From positions 215,822,001 to 215,886,000 of the forward strand of contig JBITNC010000001.1 of NCBI GenBank assembly GCA_050084985.1: 64,000 bases of DNA, given 5' to 3'. Made by a program: the position numbers and the translations under genes. Positions within the stretch are counted from its first letter, which is position 1. Each line of letters begins with the position of its first letter. The notes beneath the pieces are model-generated. The model was not told the origin of the DNA. It did no database searches and worked only from the letters and a program-made list of their open reading frames with translations. This document shows positions 1 to 13,500 of the stretch, in pieces. Origin of the DNA: Nageia nagi (taxonomy: Eukaryota > Plantae > Pinophyta).

Positions 1-270
1 CCTCACCATTTCCACAATGGTTCCATTTCTCCTCTCAACAACTCCATTTTGTTGTGGTGTATACAATATGTTCAACTACCATCTAATCCCATTCTCTTTT
101 GAGAATGTAGAAAAATCTTTTGATACATATTCTCCCCCTCGATCTGAGCATAGTTTTGTGATATGATGGCTTGTAGCTTTTGCCACAAGAGCCTTAAACT
201 CTTTGAAACACTAAAAAGTTTCATCCTTTGTTCTCAACTAATCATCAACAAACAACAGAAAAAAGGCAAT
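1..270 (-). pseudogene. Ty1/copia integrase fragment
   Basis: Translates to FLLFVDD...FKEFKALV...SDRGGEY...YTPQQNGVVERRNGTIVEMVR with in-frame stops. Confidence 0.85.
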
Positions 271-274
271 AGAC

Positions 275-747
275 TGTGATGGTGCTAGTCGCGCCGCCCC
301 TAAGAGACAGCCGGCCAGCTTAACCGCCCGGCCCTTGACCTGACACAGTCCACACCGTGCCAATTGCCCAAGGTTCCGCCTTGCATCATCCAACCGGTAC
401 AACGGGTCTTGGTCCAATCTAGCCAACCATAGGCCGACGCCGCTTATCGAGATCCAACGGAGAGTGGCCTGAGGCCACCTTGCTCGCCGACCACGGTTCC
501 CTCGTCGTGGCACTCCCATCTGCCCTCGAGCATAGATATTCCATGAACTTCGTTGGCTCCCGAAGCACTAACCAAGTGTTCCTGGCCTTAGACGTTCCGA
601 CAAAGGTGGGACTATGGTGACTAGTCCGGCCCAACCAACCAGTACGTCCTAGCCGTGCTTCGAGGCGCCATGCCCACATGCCAACTCGTGCGCATGACCC
701 CCTTGCCCCACCATGAGAGGCGTACCCTCTCATATTCTCCCCCACTT
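275..747 (-). mobile_element. GC-rich ~458-bp LTR (275-732) with polypurine tract, inserted into the copia fragment
   Basis: TGTGA...TCTCA termini; minus-strand AAGTGGGGGAG tract at 737-747 just before the LTR; sharp GC shift. Confidence 0.55.
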
Positions 748-759
748 AGAGATGTTGAC

Positions 760-1259
760 GGAAAGCCAAGTGGACTCTAATGATACTCAAATCCCTAAAA
801 GCAATCAAAGGATTCTACAGAGTGCCTCGAAGAATCAAGATGTAGGACAAAAACATGTTGGGTGACCAAGTGAGGGAAGAAGAGATTAGAGAATCTAAAA
901 CCGCTAAGGAAGTCATTGACGGAAAATAAGCGACTCTCAATGGTTTTGAAAGAGGATTCGTCTTAAAAATATGAAGAAATAAGAATTTTGTGAAAGGATG
1001 TTGATCTACATACTATGGTTTCCGTAGTACATTTACTCATGGAACAATCTAATAGTTTAAAATAGGTAGGAAAATGGTGTCCAACGGTGTATATGGGATA
1101 CCAAGTAGAATTTAGAATGATCAAGTGTATAATATAAACCGTGGCAGGATGTTGCCTAAATTCTTTTTAAATTTGTCATATTTTTAGACAGGTTGGGTTC
1201 CTGTATAAAGAACAATTCTGCCATTTTTTTGGTAATGGATTTACCCTTATCAAAAAAAA
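760..1259 (+). mobile_element. Internally deleted LINE (L1-like) remnant
   Basis: ORF1-tail-like peptide (AKEVIDGK*ATL) and a 3' end TTACCCTTATCAAAAAAAA of the plant L1 type. Confidence 0.4.
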
Positions 1260-1476
1260 GGATGTAGTTTCAAATTACCCATAAACTATTCACAGATGTT
1301 TTCAAGATGAAACGAATTTGCATTGCATTACTATACAGAATCTACTAAATCAAGAAATTTGCAGTCATAAACAGAGGAAATATCTGAGATGACGTCAAAA
1401 TGATGTTATCATCTACCAAGCAGCAAGAAAATGTCTTATAATTAAACAAATATAAATAAACTTATTATAATCATAC

Positions 1477-1549
1477 TTCACAGTTCTCAGGTTGTAGTTC
1501 TGCAATTATATCCTTCACCAAGTCCTCACGATTTCCTAGAACCCATTCA
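1477..1549 (-). CDS. Host gene exon (SEWVLGNREDLVKDIIAELQPENCE)
   Basis: CAG/GT borders, 73 nt; continues directly from the exon at 32894 across a 31.3-kb intron. Confidence 0.9.
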
Positions 1550-4500
1550 CTGTGACAATGTACATCAAAAGCAGAATCAGGGAAGAGCTGACACAGAAAA
1601 CACAATGTAATGCATTACATCAAAAATGTCAGCATCATCAAAATCAATGGAAAATCTCTATTCCAAAGATAATCATTTATGAAAGATTCTTCACTGAGGC
1701 AAAACAACATCAGCATACTCTACTTGGAAAAATATATCTTGGAGTCATCACTTAAGAATCTTTGAACAGTAAAACATTGAGACAAGTTCATAGTAAGAAT
1801 CTTTACAACTCACATGCTAATTTTCATGCTGGTGGATGCAATACTGTCATAATCAAAACTTTGGAATTGACTTGAAGGGATACATTAATAAAAAAATTCA
1901 ATCCTTTGAACAATTGAACTTTAATTCTAAGTTTCTAAACAGTATTTCATATTTAACAACCCAGCACAAGCAATATATCATTTAGTGTCAGGAACCTTCT
2001 ATAGCTACTTCACTGATGATGTGAACATGATTTTGGAGGGTTTGGATGCAATCCAGTTAGTGGTTTAAGCCTTACTTTAACTTGATGACATAAATGTTAG
2101 CATATTTAATAAATAACGAACAAAAGAAAACCACTGATAATGCCACAGTTCATTAACTATGGCAGTATATTAACCCAACAAATGTTGACATGTTAAAGAA
2201 AAATCTGATTATAAGGCTAAGCCCTCATAAGCAACCCGTGATATATGCAAGAGAGATAAACATCTAATGCAACAAATCTATTAATCACATTGGAGTTCAA
2301 TCATGCCAATTATAGCAGTGAAATTCCGATTCAGCCAGTATTTGTTTGGTTTGAAATTTTAAAACATAGATCTTTCGAAGAATATTGGCAAAAATACAAC
2401 AAATTAGAAATTTAGAATGCAAAAAAATACTAAAATTTACAAAAACAAATGTATGAAATGCCGATTATTTGGCATTTAATCAGCAAAAGCTGGATATTTG
2501 ATGCATTTTATGTAAATTTGGTATTTTTTGCATAAGTTATTTATTGTTTTCACTAACTCGGAAAATATTCTACCGCATAAACGAAAAATTTGCCAAATTT
2601 TGTATCTATGATGTCAATCATAGTTAGTACAGTCTGCAATTAATTGAAAAAGAGACAAATACACTTGTTATCATCCTGAAAGAGTACTCATGTCTGAGTC
2701 ACAAGATTTTGAAGTTGACCAAGATTTGACCCAGATGTTTTCCAGGTTTTAATCAACTCCCAAATTTTTGAAAGTTCTCCCAATGTTGTAACCTTTTGCC
2801 AGTGTTTTGTTAGATCTTATTTAAATAAACTTTTGATTGCCAAGTTTTCAGCAATTCCAAGCCTTTTACCAAGTCGAAGCCCCCAGAATTTGCCGAGTCT
2901 GATTCCGACTACTATGGTGGACAGCTAGTGAAGGAGAATTACAAATGATGTAATAGCAACAAGAATTGTCTCATTTATGACCATCTGACATTATTCTTTC
3001 TCCTTATAGGCTATGATAATTCTTTAGCTATTCCTCACCACCAAACATTTCCCCATTCCTCAGCTATCAGGCAGCTTAATATAGTCATTGTCTTTCCACT
3101 GTTTGATAAATAGCATAACATCTTTTACATAAGTCTCTGACAAAACATCTTTTCTCTGGTGTTTTCTAAAAATTCTTCTAAATCAATTGTGGGATCACAG
3201 CGTGTGGTTTGTGATCCATATTCATTGGGAATATTTCCCTCAATTGGTTTGTGATCCATATTCGTTGTGGGCTCAAATCATATGTCTGTTTTAAAATTTT
3301 ATAAAAAGAACTTTGCTTCAAGTTTTTAATTACTTTTCACATTCTGAAGTACCTTACAGGCTTACACTACAATTTTATTTTATCACAGGCAAATTTTCAA
3401 GTCCGATTGACTTGTTATCCTTCCACTGATAACTATCTGGAAATCTGCTGACATGAAGTGGCATATAGGAGCATAAAGCACCTAATATTTCTCTTGGAAT
3501 ATTCCCATGTTATATTGAGAGTATTTTCACTCTGATGCTATCTTTGTGAACTTTCTTTTATTAGCTCTTTCATTTCAAGTGGTATCAAAGGAATGATTTT
3601 AGTTACCTAAGACTGGAAAAATCATTTTTTTTTTCATTTCTGAAGGCCTAAGTAAAACTCAAACATCTTCTGCATCCATGCAAATTTTCTGATGAAATTT
3701 CGAGGCCTGATAGAAAACAAATAAAGGATGATGAGGTCCAAAGACAAAGATATAACGGACGATTAAATGCCAAAAAAACACAAAACACGCAAAAACATCC
3801 AAAAAAATGTGAAAATTATAAAATGCAGAAAAACGGAAAAAAAAAACATCTTTTTTACAAAAAAACGTGCAAAAAAAGCCGAAAATACCAAAAAAAGTTA
3901 GTATTTTCACTTAAACCCATCCCCACCATACCCATCATTTTTTAGGGGAAAAAACATGTTTAAACTAACAAAAAAGGCCAAAAATGCCACATAAATGCAG
4001 GCTTGTAAAGCCAAAACGTGTGAAAGACGGTAGGCAGGGGAAAAAACGCATTTAAACTTGAAATAAATGACAAAAAATGCTGTGAGTACATGAGATGCGG
4101 CAAGGCGTGGGCTGCACTTCAAAATGGGGGTTTGAGCTCATTTGTTACTTGCAGGCTTGGGAGAAGGAGAGGGGAGTGTTGTGCCCTACACAACTTGCCC
4201 AAAATTTCGCAATTTTGGGGACCCTCAACAACTTACACTCATGTGACACCAAGTTGGCACGATCCCTCCTTGTCCCCGACTGTGACCTAAAACCACATCT
4301 ATCTTCCCATCACCTAAGCGAGTCCAACCGTCCAATCTTGGTCGTGTCATGATAAAAAGCTAAAACCCTCGAAAATTAGCTAAGTCTAGAAAATCTAATT
4401 GGAGTTTAGGTGAAACTGGGAAACTTGAGTCGAGTCGAAACCAAGCAAAGCGAGTCTGGGTCACTCCTAAGCCTAGCGCATCCTCCAAGAAGACAAAATT

Positions 4501-7500
4501 CTGTCTTTCTGGGACGTGCACTTGAGACAAGAAGACGCCGGATTTGGAGTTTAAGTCCGCAAAAACGAACTGGGTCACTCCTAGACCCGGAACATGCCAT
4601 GAAAAGACAAAATTTGATCTTTTTGGGACATGCACCAGGCTCAAGGGGATGCCAGAACAAGTCCGGGAGATGAAGGATCAAAACACACTCACCCAAAAGG
4701 CTGGCGCATGCCTCAAAAGGACGAAATTTTGTCTTTTGGGAGCATGCACCAAGGGCAAAAAGGCACCCAGTTGGATCAAAGCATGAAATTTAGCTAAGAC
4801 ATGGAGCCTCAAAGCTCGGATCTAGCTCTAGCAAGACCAGAGAGGCTAGCACATGCCTCAAAAAAACAAATTTTTGACTTTTGGGAGCATGCACCAAGCC
4901 TGGGAAAGCATTAGGACGGAGAGAACTTGAAAATCAGCCAAGTCCCAAGAGAAGAAGACCAAAACAAAGCAATTCTAGCCACCTGCAACCCAGCACATGC
5001 CCCAGAAAGACAAAATCTTGAATTTCTGGATCATGGGCCCAAACTGGAAGAGTCAAAGAATTGGGTGCACATTTCGAAAAGACAAAATCTTGTCTTTTGA
5101 AATCATGTGCTCAGCCTGGGGGAATTCCAATTGAGTTCGTTGGACAAATTTGGCTAAGGCACGAACCCCTCAAACTAGCATCCAACTCAGGCATGACCCA
5201 AGGAGTTGGGAGCACAATTTCAAAAGATAAAATCTTGTCTTTCTGTAGCATGCTCCTAGCTCAAGAGAGAGTTGGAAGCACCGTTTCAAAAGACAAAATT
5301 CTTTCTGTAGCATGCTCCTAGCTCAAGAGAGAGTTGGGAGTATCGTTTCAAAAGACAAAATCTTGTCTTTTTGTAGCAAGCTCCTAACCCAACAAGACAC
5401 CAGTTCTAGGCAAATGTGAAAATTTGGCCAAGTCCCACTTGGTAAAGCCCCGAGACAAGACAAACTAGGCAAGAGCGACCCAATGCATGCCTCATAAAGA
5501 CAAAATCTTGTCTTTCTGGAGCATGCACTCAAGCTAGCACGACTAGAGAATTGGGAGCACCGTTTCAAAAGACAAAATCCTAACTTTCTCTGGCATGCTC
5601 CAAGTTCAAGGCATACGCCCAAGACGGCCAAATTTAAAAGACAATCCCAAGTCATCCCAGTGATACATGCAGGCTGCTAGATTGTCCTTGCATGTGCCCA
5701 AAAGCTGAACAGGTCAAGTCCAATGTTGCAGAGGCCAAGGAGATGCCCGAGCCTAAGAGTACCAGAAGAGCACAGCGGCATGTTGTTGCAGTCGCAACAG
5801 TTTTATTCTATTTTATTTAGTTAATTGCAATTTTACTTTAAATTGGATTTCAAAGACTTTTTAAATTTTGTACAGCCTTATGATGAATGAGGATTTGCTC
5901 CCACAAGTGCTGGAATGAATCTTGTAATGCCATGTGGAACTTTATTATTAGACCACATTATTTTTTTTGGAACATGTAATTAGGGTTAGGGCAACATTGA
6001 TGGTTGCTCCAAAACTATTTACACCCCATTTTGATTCATTTGTAGGGGGGATTGACATTTTAACAAGTTGAAGGAACTTTTGCTTGCAACACAAAATTTC
6101 TCTAAATTTGTTAAATGTGGTGTACGTGAATGCAATTATATTTATATGCTCTCATATTGTAATGCCAAATTTGAAAGAATGATTAACAGTGCTGTCTAGT
6201 TTGTTCTATCACTGCTTTGTGTTAACTCACATCACTTGGCGCATCCTGTAAATTCCAATGGGGGTGGACAAGAGAATGCTTGGAGATTTTATGAAGTGGT
6301 TGATTAGCATCTTGTTTGTGATATTTTAACATTTGCAATCTTAGGCTTGGATACTTCAAGATGTCTTGTTGATGTTGCTCACAGTAGCAACTTCACCCGA
6401 GTTGTTGAGTGTTGCTTTCACCCATCCTATTCCATACTTGCCACAACTTCATGCTCCTTCCACTAGACCATTCATGTTGGCTAGTGGGACGGATTGAGGG
6501 TGCGTAGAACCTACGCCAAGACCTAGCAAGTCGACTTTTGGGGACTTTATCCCAAGCCCATGAGTACACATGCCTAAAGTTGTATCCCACTACCCACATT
6601 CTTTCCACCAATTTTTCTTTATTTTATTTTACACTTTTTTCCGTGATTTTCGAACCTCCCATTTCCCTTTAGCATTTTCCAGAAACAATTTTGTCTAGCC
6701 ACAAAGACAATCTGAGTCCTTGATCCACACATGATATTCATGTTGGTGGCAGCTTTAAACATCTCAACCATCCCCTTGCATCTTTGTAATTAATTATGGA
6801 ATCTAACGGATTCCCCTTTGTATTATATTTTATTATTATGATGTGTTTTAAGTTGATACTTGGGACAGAAGACTTAATGGGTCCTTGGACCCCACTGTAA
6901 GCCCCAAGTGGGACATCTCCCTCCCAAGAATCGATTAGGTGTCTTAATGTACTTGGAGATCCCGATCATGATTGTGAGAATCCCAAGGCCGGATGGATGA
7001 GCACTTATGTACTTGCACCAGCCTTGGGGAGACTTCTAGACCCCCACATTGGCCCATGATGACACCTAGCCCCACGCATGACTCTTAGACCCACATTAGG
7101 CATGCGTGGCACTCCAGATCCCCACATTGGCATTTATGGCTCTTGAATACCCAGTTTGGGCATGCCTGACCCTTAGGCCCCCACATTGGACATTCTGGGC
7201 CCCCAAGAGGCTAATTTTGGATTAGAGGAGCTAGGTGATGACTCCTAGGTGAGATCCAAATCAAGTGATGTGTTATAAAAAGGCATTGGAGCCTCATAGT
7301 TGGATATACTTGATTATTATTACATTTGATATCATCTAGAGGACAAGATATTTAGCACAGCGCTAAGCAAACCCCTAGGTGTAGCATCTAGGAGGATTAA
7401 CATGCTAAAGGATCATGTAAGTCTACGGCATTGGTGTAGCACCCTTGCCCATCTGGTGGTATTCCGAGGTTGCGCTTCTACCTTTAGTGGTTTTCAGAAT

Positions 7501-10500
7501 TAGAGGGCTCCTTCAGTGGAAAGGATTCAGGTTCTGAGAGAGCAAGACTGTCCCATCCGTCTGTCCAGTTTGAGGATACACATTGTACCCTAGTTGGCTC
7601 CTTTGAGGCTAACGTCAACCCTATTGGGCCTGGTATTGTATTGTTGATCATCATTTATCTTATATATAGTCGTTGGGCATTGGATCACCATATTTATCTT
7701 CTGTATGCTTTACTACTGCAACATTGTGGTTTGTTTACTCATTCATGCATGTATGAACCAAACGTTGGCATTGTTGTGTTGTGGAAGTTTGTAATTGATG
7801 CCCTAAACCTAACGTTGGCATTGTGAGGGTTTGAATACTTGTATTTGCACTTCTACGCTAGACATGGGTATTCGCTTTGTTGAAATTGCTAATTTGCACT
7901 TGAGATTGTAATTGGTTCTTTACAATGGTCTCAGAGCTCAGATCTGGCCAACCTATAAATGATACTTGCAATTCACCGCTATTACACCAAATCCACCATT
8001 CAGAAAGAGATGGCATTTGCCAAGAAGAGCGGAAAGTCAGGCAAAAGACACACCTTCTAGAGCCATCCAAGAGGAGGAGCATTGGCCATGGATGAATGAA
8101 GTGCCGAATGAAGGGGATTTCGAAGAGGAGAATGATGCGCCAGGAGGGAGATTGGCATCGACCAAGAGGAAAAGCCCCACTCTGGTTCAGGAATCCACAC
8201 CTGAACGAAAGTTCAATGAGTTTATCTCGACCATTCATAGCATGACGGGAGCCATCACCACCATGTAGAGACAATCAAACAGACATGTGGGAGTTCGAGA
8301 GGAGCTAGAGGCACATCAGCCCCCACGTCCTATTTCGGACGAAGAAGAAGGATGACATGAAGAGAACAGGGAAGAAAGGGAGGCGAGTATGAGATCTTGT
8401 AGTTTGAGAGATCAGGAATCCATCCATCACGGATCTATGGGTCGTTCAGAACCCACATTCTTGAGATCCCATTCACACCAAGCACCACAGGGTACTAATT
8501 CTCTCCTAGGGAGGTGCCTAGATGAGGACGTTGGCAAGATTGGGGAACAGCCCATCATCCCCAAGATATCCAAACCCATGTTTCCCAAGAAGTCAAGAGA
8601 AGAGGCGAAGAATAGGGTTCCTGACCCACTAGAGCTGAATCAAATTTTCAAGGAGTATTCAATGTTGGATCCGGGATTAAAAAGAGATGTCAACTTCAAC
8701 GTCTACTTGGATATCCTAGGGTTGAAGGGGAGTAGTACACACAGTCCACACACCCCAAGTAGCTCGTGGGGAGATAAGAGAGACCTATAGCAAAAGATAA
8801 ATAAAATGTAAGGTGCAAATGTATGATGGGAAGAGGATGACTGCTAGGGCATGGCTACATCAACTGCAGACCTACTTCACCTTGAGCCCAAACATGGTAG
8901 AGGAAGATGCAATTCATTTTGCATCATTACATTTTGAGGGTGATGCTCTCGAATGGTGGCAACATGGAGTAATCGACCAGGATTACTCACTCGTTACCTC
9001 CTTTGATGAGTTTTCTAGACGATTAGTGAAGAGGTTTGATCGAAAGAAGGAGAATGACTAATTCCAAAATTTGACAACATTGAGACAACAGGGAGCAGTA
9101 GATGAGTATGTGTCGAAGTTCCAAAAGATTGCAGTCATGATTCACCACATTCTTGAGGAGCAGCTGACATTCCTCTTCATAGAGGGACTGATGGAGACAT
9201 TACAAGGAATGGTCAAGGTATCCTCATCTAGGAACCTTGATGATGCCATCTGAGCCGCATATGCCCTAGAGTCGACCATGAAATCCCTCAAGGGAGCGCA
9301 AACGTACAAGAGGCCAGCCACCCGGAAGACTTTTGCGGACAAGGAGGGTTCTAGCGAGGCCAAACCCTTTCCCCAACCTTGGACTAATCAATTGGATGCA
9401 AACACTCGAAGAAAGTTGAGGGAGGAAGGCATGTGCTTCTACTGCAAGAAGACTTGGGCACTAGAGCACGTTGCCAAGGCAAGGGACAGGTGCACTACAT
9501 AGAGGTGTTTTCGAAAGAGTCAGACGATTCAGACTTGGATCTGGGCATGGATATATTGGACCCAGAATCAACCAAGGTGGAAGGCTCATTAGGAAGCATG
9601 ATTGCTTCACTCCATGAGGTGCAAAAGTACCTCACATTGAAGGTGGTGGGGCAAGTAGGTGGACAGGATGTGATGGTCCTAATTCATCTAGGAGCATCCC
9701 ATAACTTCATCGATGCAGGCTTTGTAGAGAAGAAGAACTTGAAAACTAAGGGGTTCAAAGGATTCAAAGTTTCCAATGCCAATGGGAAACTCACGCTTGT
9801 GGATCACATTATTGAGAGGTTTGGAATGAGGTTGCAAAGTTACAAAGTGAGGAAGAACTTCTATGTTTATCCCTTGAAGGGGCATCCTCAAATTATCCTA
9901 GGAGTGCAGTGGCTATTTGATTTAGGCGACATCCACACCAACTACCAGAAACTCACTATGAGTTTCAAGATCGATGGGAAGACCCATATGCTGCAAGGAA
10001 TTCGTGATGATTGTCCGCAAGTCCATAACAAGCGAATGGAGGTGATTGAGTGGTGCCATAAGGAGGAAGCTGAAAATGGGGCCACGTTGGACGTAAAGGA
10101 ATTTGGGAAGGAAGCGAGGAGCGTTGAAGAGCTCCATACCCAACATTGCATCCTAGGAAGCTTGGAGGTGGCACATTGAGCTTGGAGGGTCTTCTATGCA
10201 TCACATTGGGCCTTGGGAAGGTTGGACACCCCACATGGAGAGCCTTGAGGAATCTCTATCCCCACGTTGAGCACCAGGGTGGTTTGTCATCTCATATTGG
10301 GCTTCAGGGAGGGTTTCCTCCCAACGTTGGACCTGAGAGAGCTTCTACCCCCCACATGGAGTACTGAGAGGACTGAGAGGGGGATGATGACATTGAAAGA
10401 GCTCTGCTTCCCCACATTGATTCAGGAGAGCTACTACACCTCGCATGGGCGGATGAGAGAAGTTTGTGCATCATGATAAACACAAAGGGGTTTGGACACC

Positions 10501-13500
10501 CCACATTTGGTTTGGAGGAGCCTGATAACCCTACAACTAGATCGAGGGAGTGTCGGTTCCAAACATTGGATTTGGGGAGGTCTGTAGACTTGATATTAGG
10601 CTAGAAAATAGCTTGGTACCCCACATTGGAGGAGGGGGAGGTTTCTTGTTTCACACTGGTAATTGAGGGAGTTTGGGACTCCATGTTAGGCTTGAAGGAG
10701 GCTTGGCCTCATACATGGAGCAAAGGCTCCACTTGTTTATACTCACCCATGATTTACTTGAGGGTTTTGCAGGTACAGCCCCACAAAGACATACATACAC
10801 TTCCATGTTTGATGAGAACAACCATGGAGCAGCTGATGAGGAGTGATAGTTGGTGTATATCAGAATTTTTGCATGCATTATGGGTGCATGAGGATGCAGC
10901 TTCAGCAGTTTATGCAAGGCCTACATCATGGAAGGGATATATTGAAGTTGCATTTCACTTTGGCAGATTGCAATCTATAACATTGAAAGATTCTTGGAAG
11001 ACAATATGTTGCAGCCTTCCACCATTGCTTGGGGGCAAGCAATTTGAGAGGAAAGGCTTTGTGACGTCCCATTTGCATCTTTGTAATTTATTATGAAATC
11101 CAATGGACTCCCCTTTGTATTAAATTTTATTATTATGTTGTTTTTTAAGTTAATACTTGGGATAGAAGACTTAATGAGTCATTAGACCCCACTATGAGCC
11201 TTAAGTGGGACATCTCCCTCCCAAGCATAGGTTAGGTGTCTTAATGTACTTGGAGATTTCGATCATGATTGCGCAAATCCCAAGGCTTATTTAGCACTTA
11301 GGTGGATGGATGACCACTTATGTACGTGTGTCAGCCTTGGGGAGACTTCTAGACCCCCATTGGCCCATGATGACACCTGCTGGGTGGTTTTTCTTTCCTA
11401 CCCTAGAGTAGTGAGAAAAACTCCAACAACTCAAGTGAAAGGACGTTACTCCCTCCCGCTATCGAGACTGATTACCTCAAAGGTTAGCTTCACGACTTGG
11501 CAAAGATAACTCAGGGAGTGGTTGAGATGTTTGAAGCTACCACCAACATGAATGTCATGTGTGGATTCAAAGGACTCTGCGTTATGTGTTCGGGCTTCAA
11601 CTAGGTTGTTTCTAGAAAATGCTGAAAAGGGAAATAGTAGGTGCGACAATCACGGAAAAAAATGTGTAAAATAAAATAAAGAAATATTGGTGGAAAGACC
11701 GTGGGCAATAAGATGTGATTATGAGCATGCAAACTCACGGGCTTGAGACAATATCCTCGAAATTCGACTAGTTGGGTCTCCTTATAGGTTCCAAGCACCT
11801 TCGATCTATTCCACTAGCCAACAACATGAATGGCCTAGTGGAAGGAGCGTGAAGCTGTGGCAAGGATGAAGTGTGATGGGATGGAGGTAGGAGTAAAAGA
11901 TCCAGGTGAGGTTCCTACGGTGAGCGATATCAATAAGACATTCTGAGGTATCCAAACCAAACTACAAATGGTAAAGTATCATCAACAAGATGCTAATCAA
12001 TCACTTCACAAAATATTCAAACACTCTCTTGTCCACTTAAGGAAATTTACAAGATGTACCAAGCGATTGAACCAACACAAAGCAATGATAGAATGAACTA
12101 GATAACACTACCAATCATTCATTCAGATTCACCATTCCAACATGAGAAGCATATAATCACAATTGCACTAACATACACCATATTTAACAACTTAGAGAAT
12201 TTTTGGCCTTCCAAACAAATATTCCTTTCAATTGTTAAAAGTGTCAATCCCCTCTTACAAATGAATCAAAATGGGGTATAAATAGTTTTGGAGCAACCAA
12301 AAGTGTTGCCCTAACCCTCATTACCAGTTTCAAGAAAATAAAAGGTGGTCTAATAAAAATATGCCACATGGCATTACAAAGTTTCTTCCAAACATGTAGG
12401 AGCAAATCCTCATCCTTCACAAGTCTGGGAATAACATAATACTATAAAATGTCTTGCTGGAAATAAATAAGATTTTCTTGAAAATAAGATAAACTAAAAT
12501 AATGACTAGGCCAATGGTAGGCCCAAGCCTACAACTCGTTCTTCAAAACCCTCATTCAAGAATCTCGCCGTAAGCTCCAATCTGTGAAGCATCTTTGAAA
12601 ACTTCGGCTTCCTTGCAACAACACTATAACCAACCTCGTCGATTAGCCTCTGCATCTCACTCTTCCATGTTTGGGTTCGCAGCATGTGTCTCAAATGACT
12701 TCCAAATTGATAAGAATTCACGTCCTCTGTCATGATATAACTGTGAAGAAGATGTCTGACCTCTATCACCACTATGTCAACCTCTCTGTCGGTGGTGTCC
12801 TCTTCTAAGAACTTCACTTGGAAGTCCATTTGCTCAAGGCATGAGTTGGCCTTATCATTGATCAAGGCCACATCCTTCTTGGTCTCTTGGAAACGGGCAA
12901 GGACATGATTAATCATGCCTAAGTAGAACCAGTAGTCTTCACAAAATTTAGCATCTTGAAGCCTCTAGTCCTACGTTGCTTTGAATCTCAGTATCATAGG
13001 CTTTCGGGAATCCAAAATCCTAAGAAGTCGAACCCTTTCGGTCACGGTGTTTTGCAGCTTCTCTTCCTCAAGTGAGACTCTGTGAAGGGCATCAATAAAT
13101 TGCTTCAGCACTGCCAAAACCTCGTCGATCACCTCCTGCTTTACTTCAATCATACCTTCTTTGAGAGGCGTCACCTTCCGAAGCTCCTTTGTTGCCACTT
13201 TGGCTGATTCAATCTCACGAGTCAATCTCCTCTAGGTGCTTAAATCCTCCTTGAGGCTCTTTATTTCTTTCTCCTTTAGCAACCCATCCCTTGCGATTGC
13301 CTCGATATTTGAAATAATTGTGTGCTTCTTTCCAACAACACCAATAAGACCTGTGTTGACGATCTGATTAATTTGCTTCAGGTTGTCTAGACATTGAGGG
13401 TTGTCCTTGTCAGCTACTAAGGTCTTGACATATATTGCATTGTCGATCATGTATACGTAGGTCTAACTCTTTCCTAGGCCAGTGGAGCTTTCTCCGATTT

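Larger units (their letters stand above)
6776..11377 (+). mobile_element. Non-autonomous Ty3/gypsy (chromovirus-like) element B with gag and protease only; both LTRs truncated
   Basis: 5' LTR 6776-7924 ending TACA; PBS; gag/CCHC/protease; purine-rich tract; 3' LTR from TGTGACGTCCC at 11060 matches 6776-7070 with roughly 30 substitutions in ~270 bp. Confidence 0.85.

Noticed and set aside
4476-5602. CRISPR-like appearance (palindromic repeats with variable spacers), also at 22745-24180, 41645-42565 and 53168-54715
   Set aside because: Eukaryotic LTR context, no cas genes, degenerate repeats, and spacers homologous between LTR copies rather than independently acquired.
4360-5655. Many short ORFs with KRQNFVF/KDKILSF/KTRFCL peptides (also 22836-24266 and 41616-42702)
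   Set aside because: Translation artefacts of the DNA palindromes; they appear in all frames on both strands.
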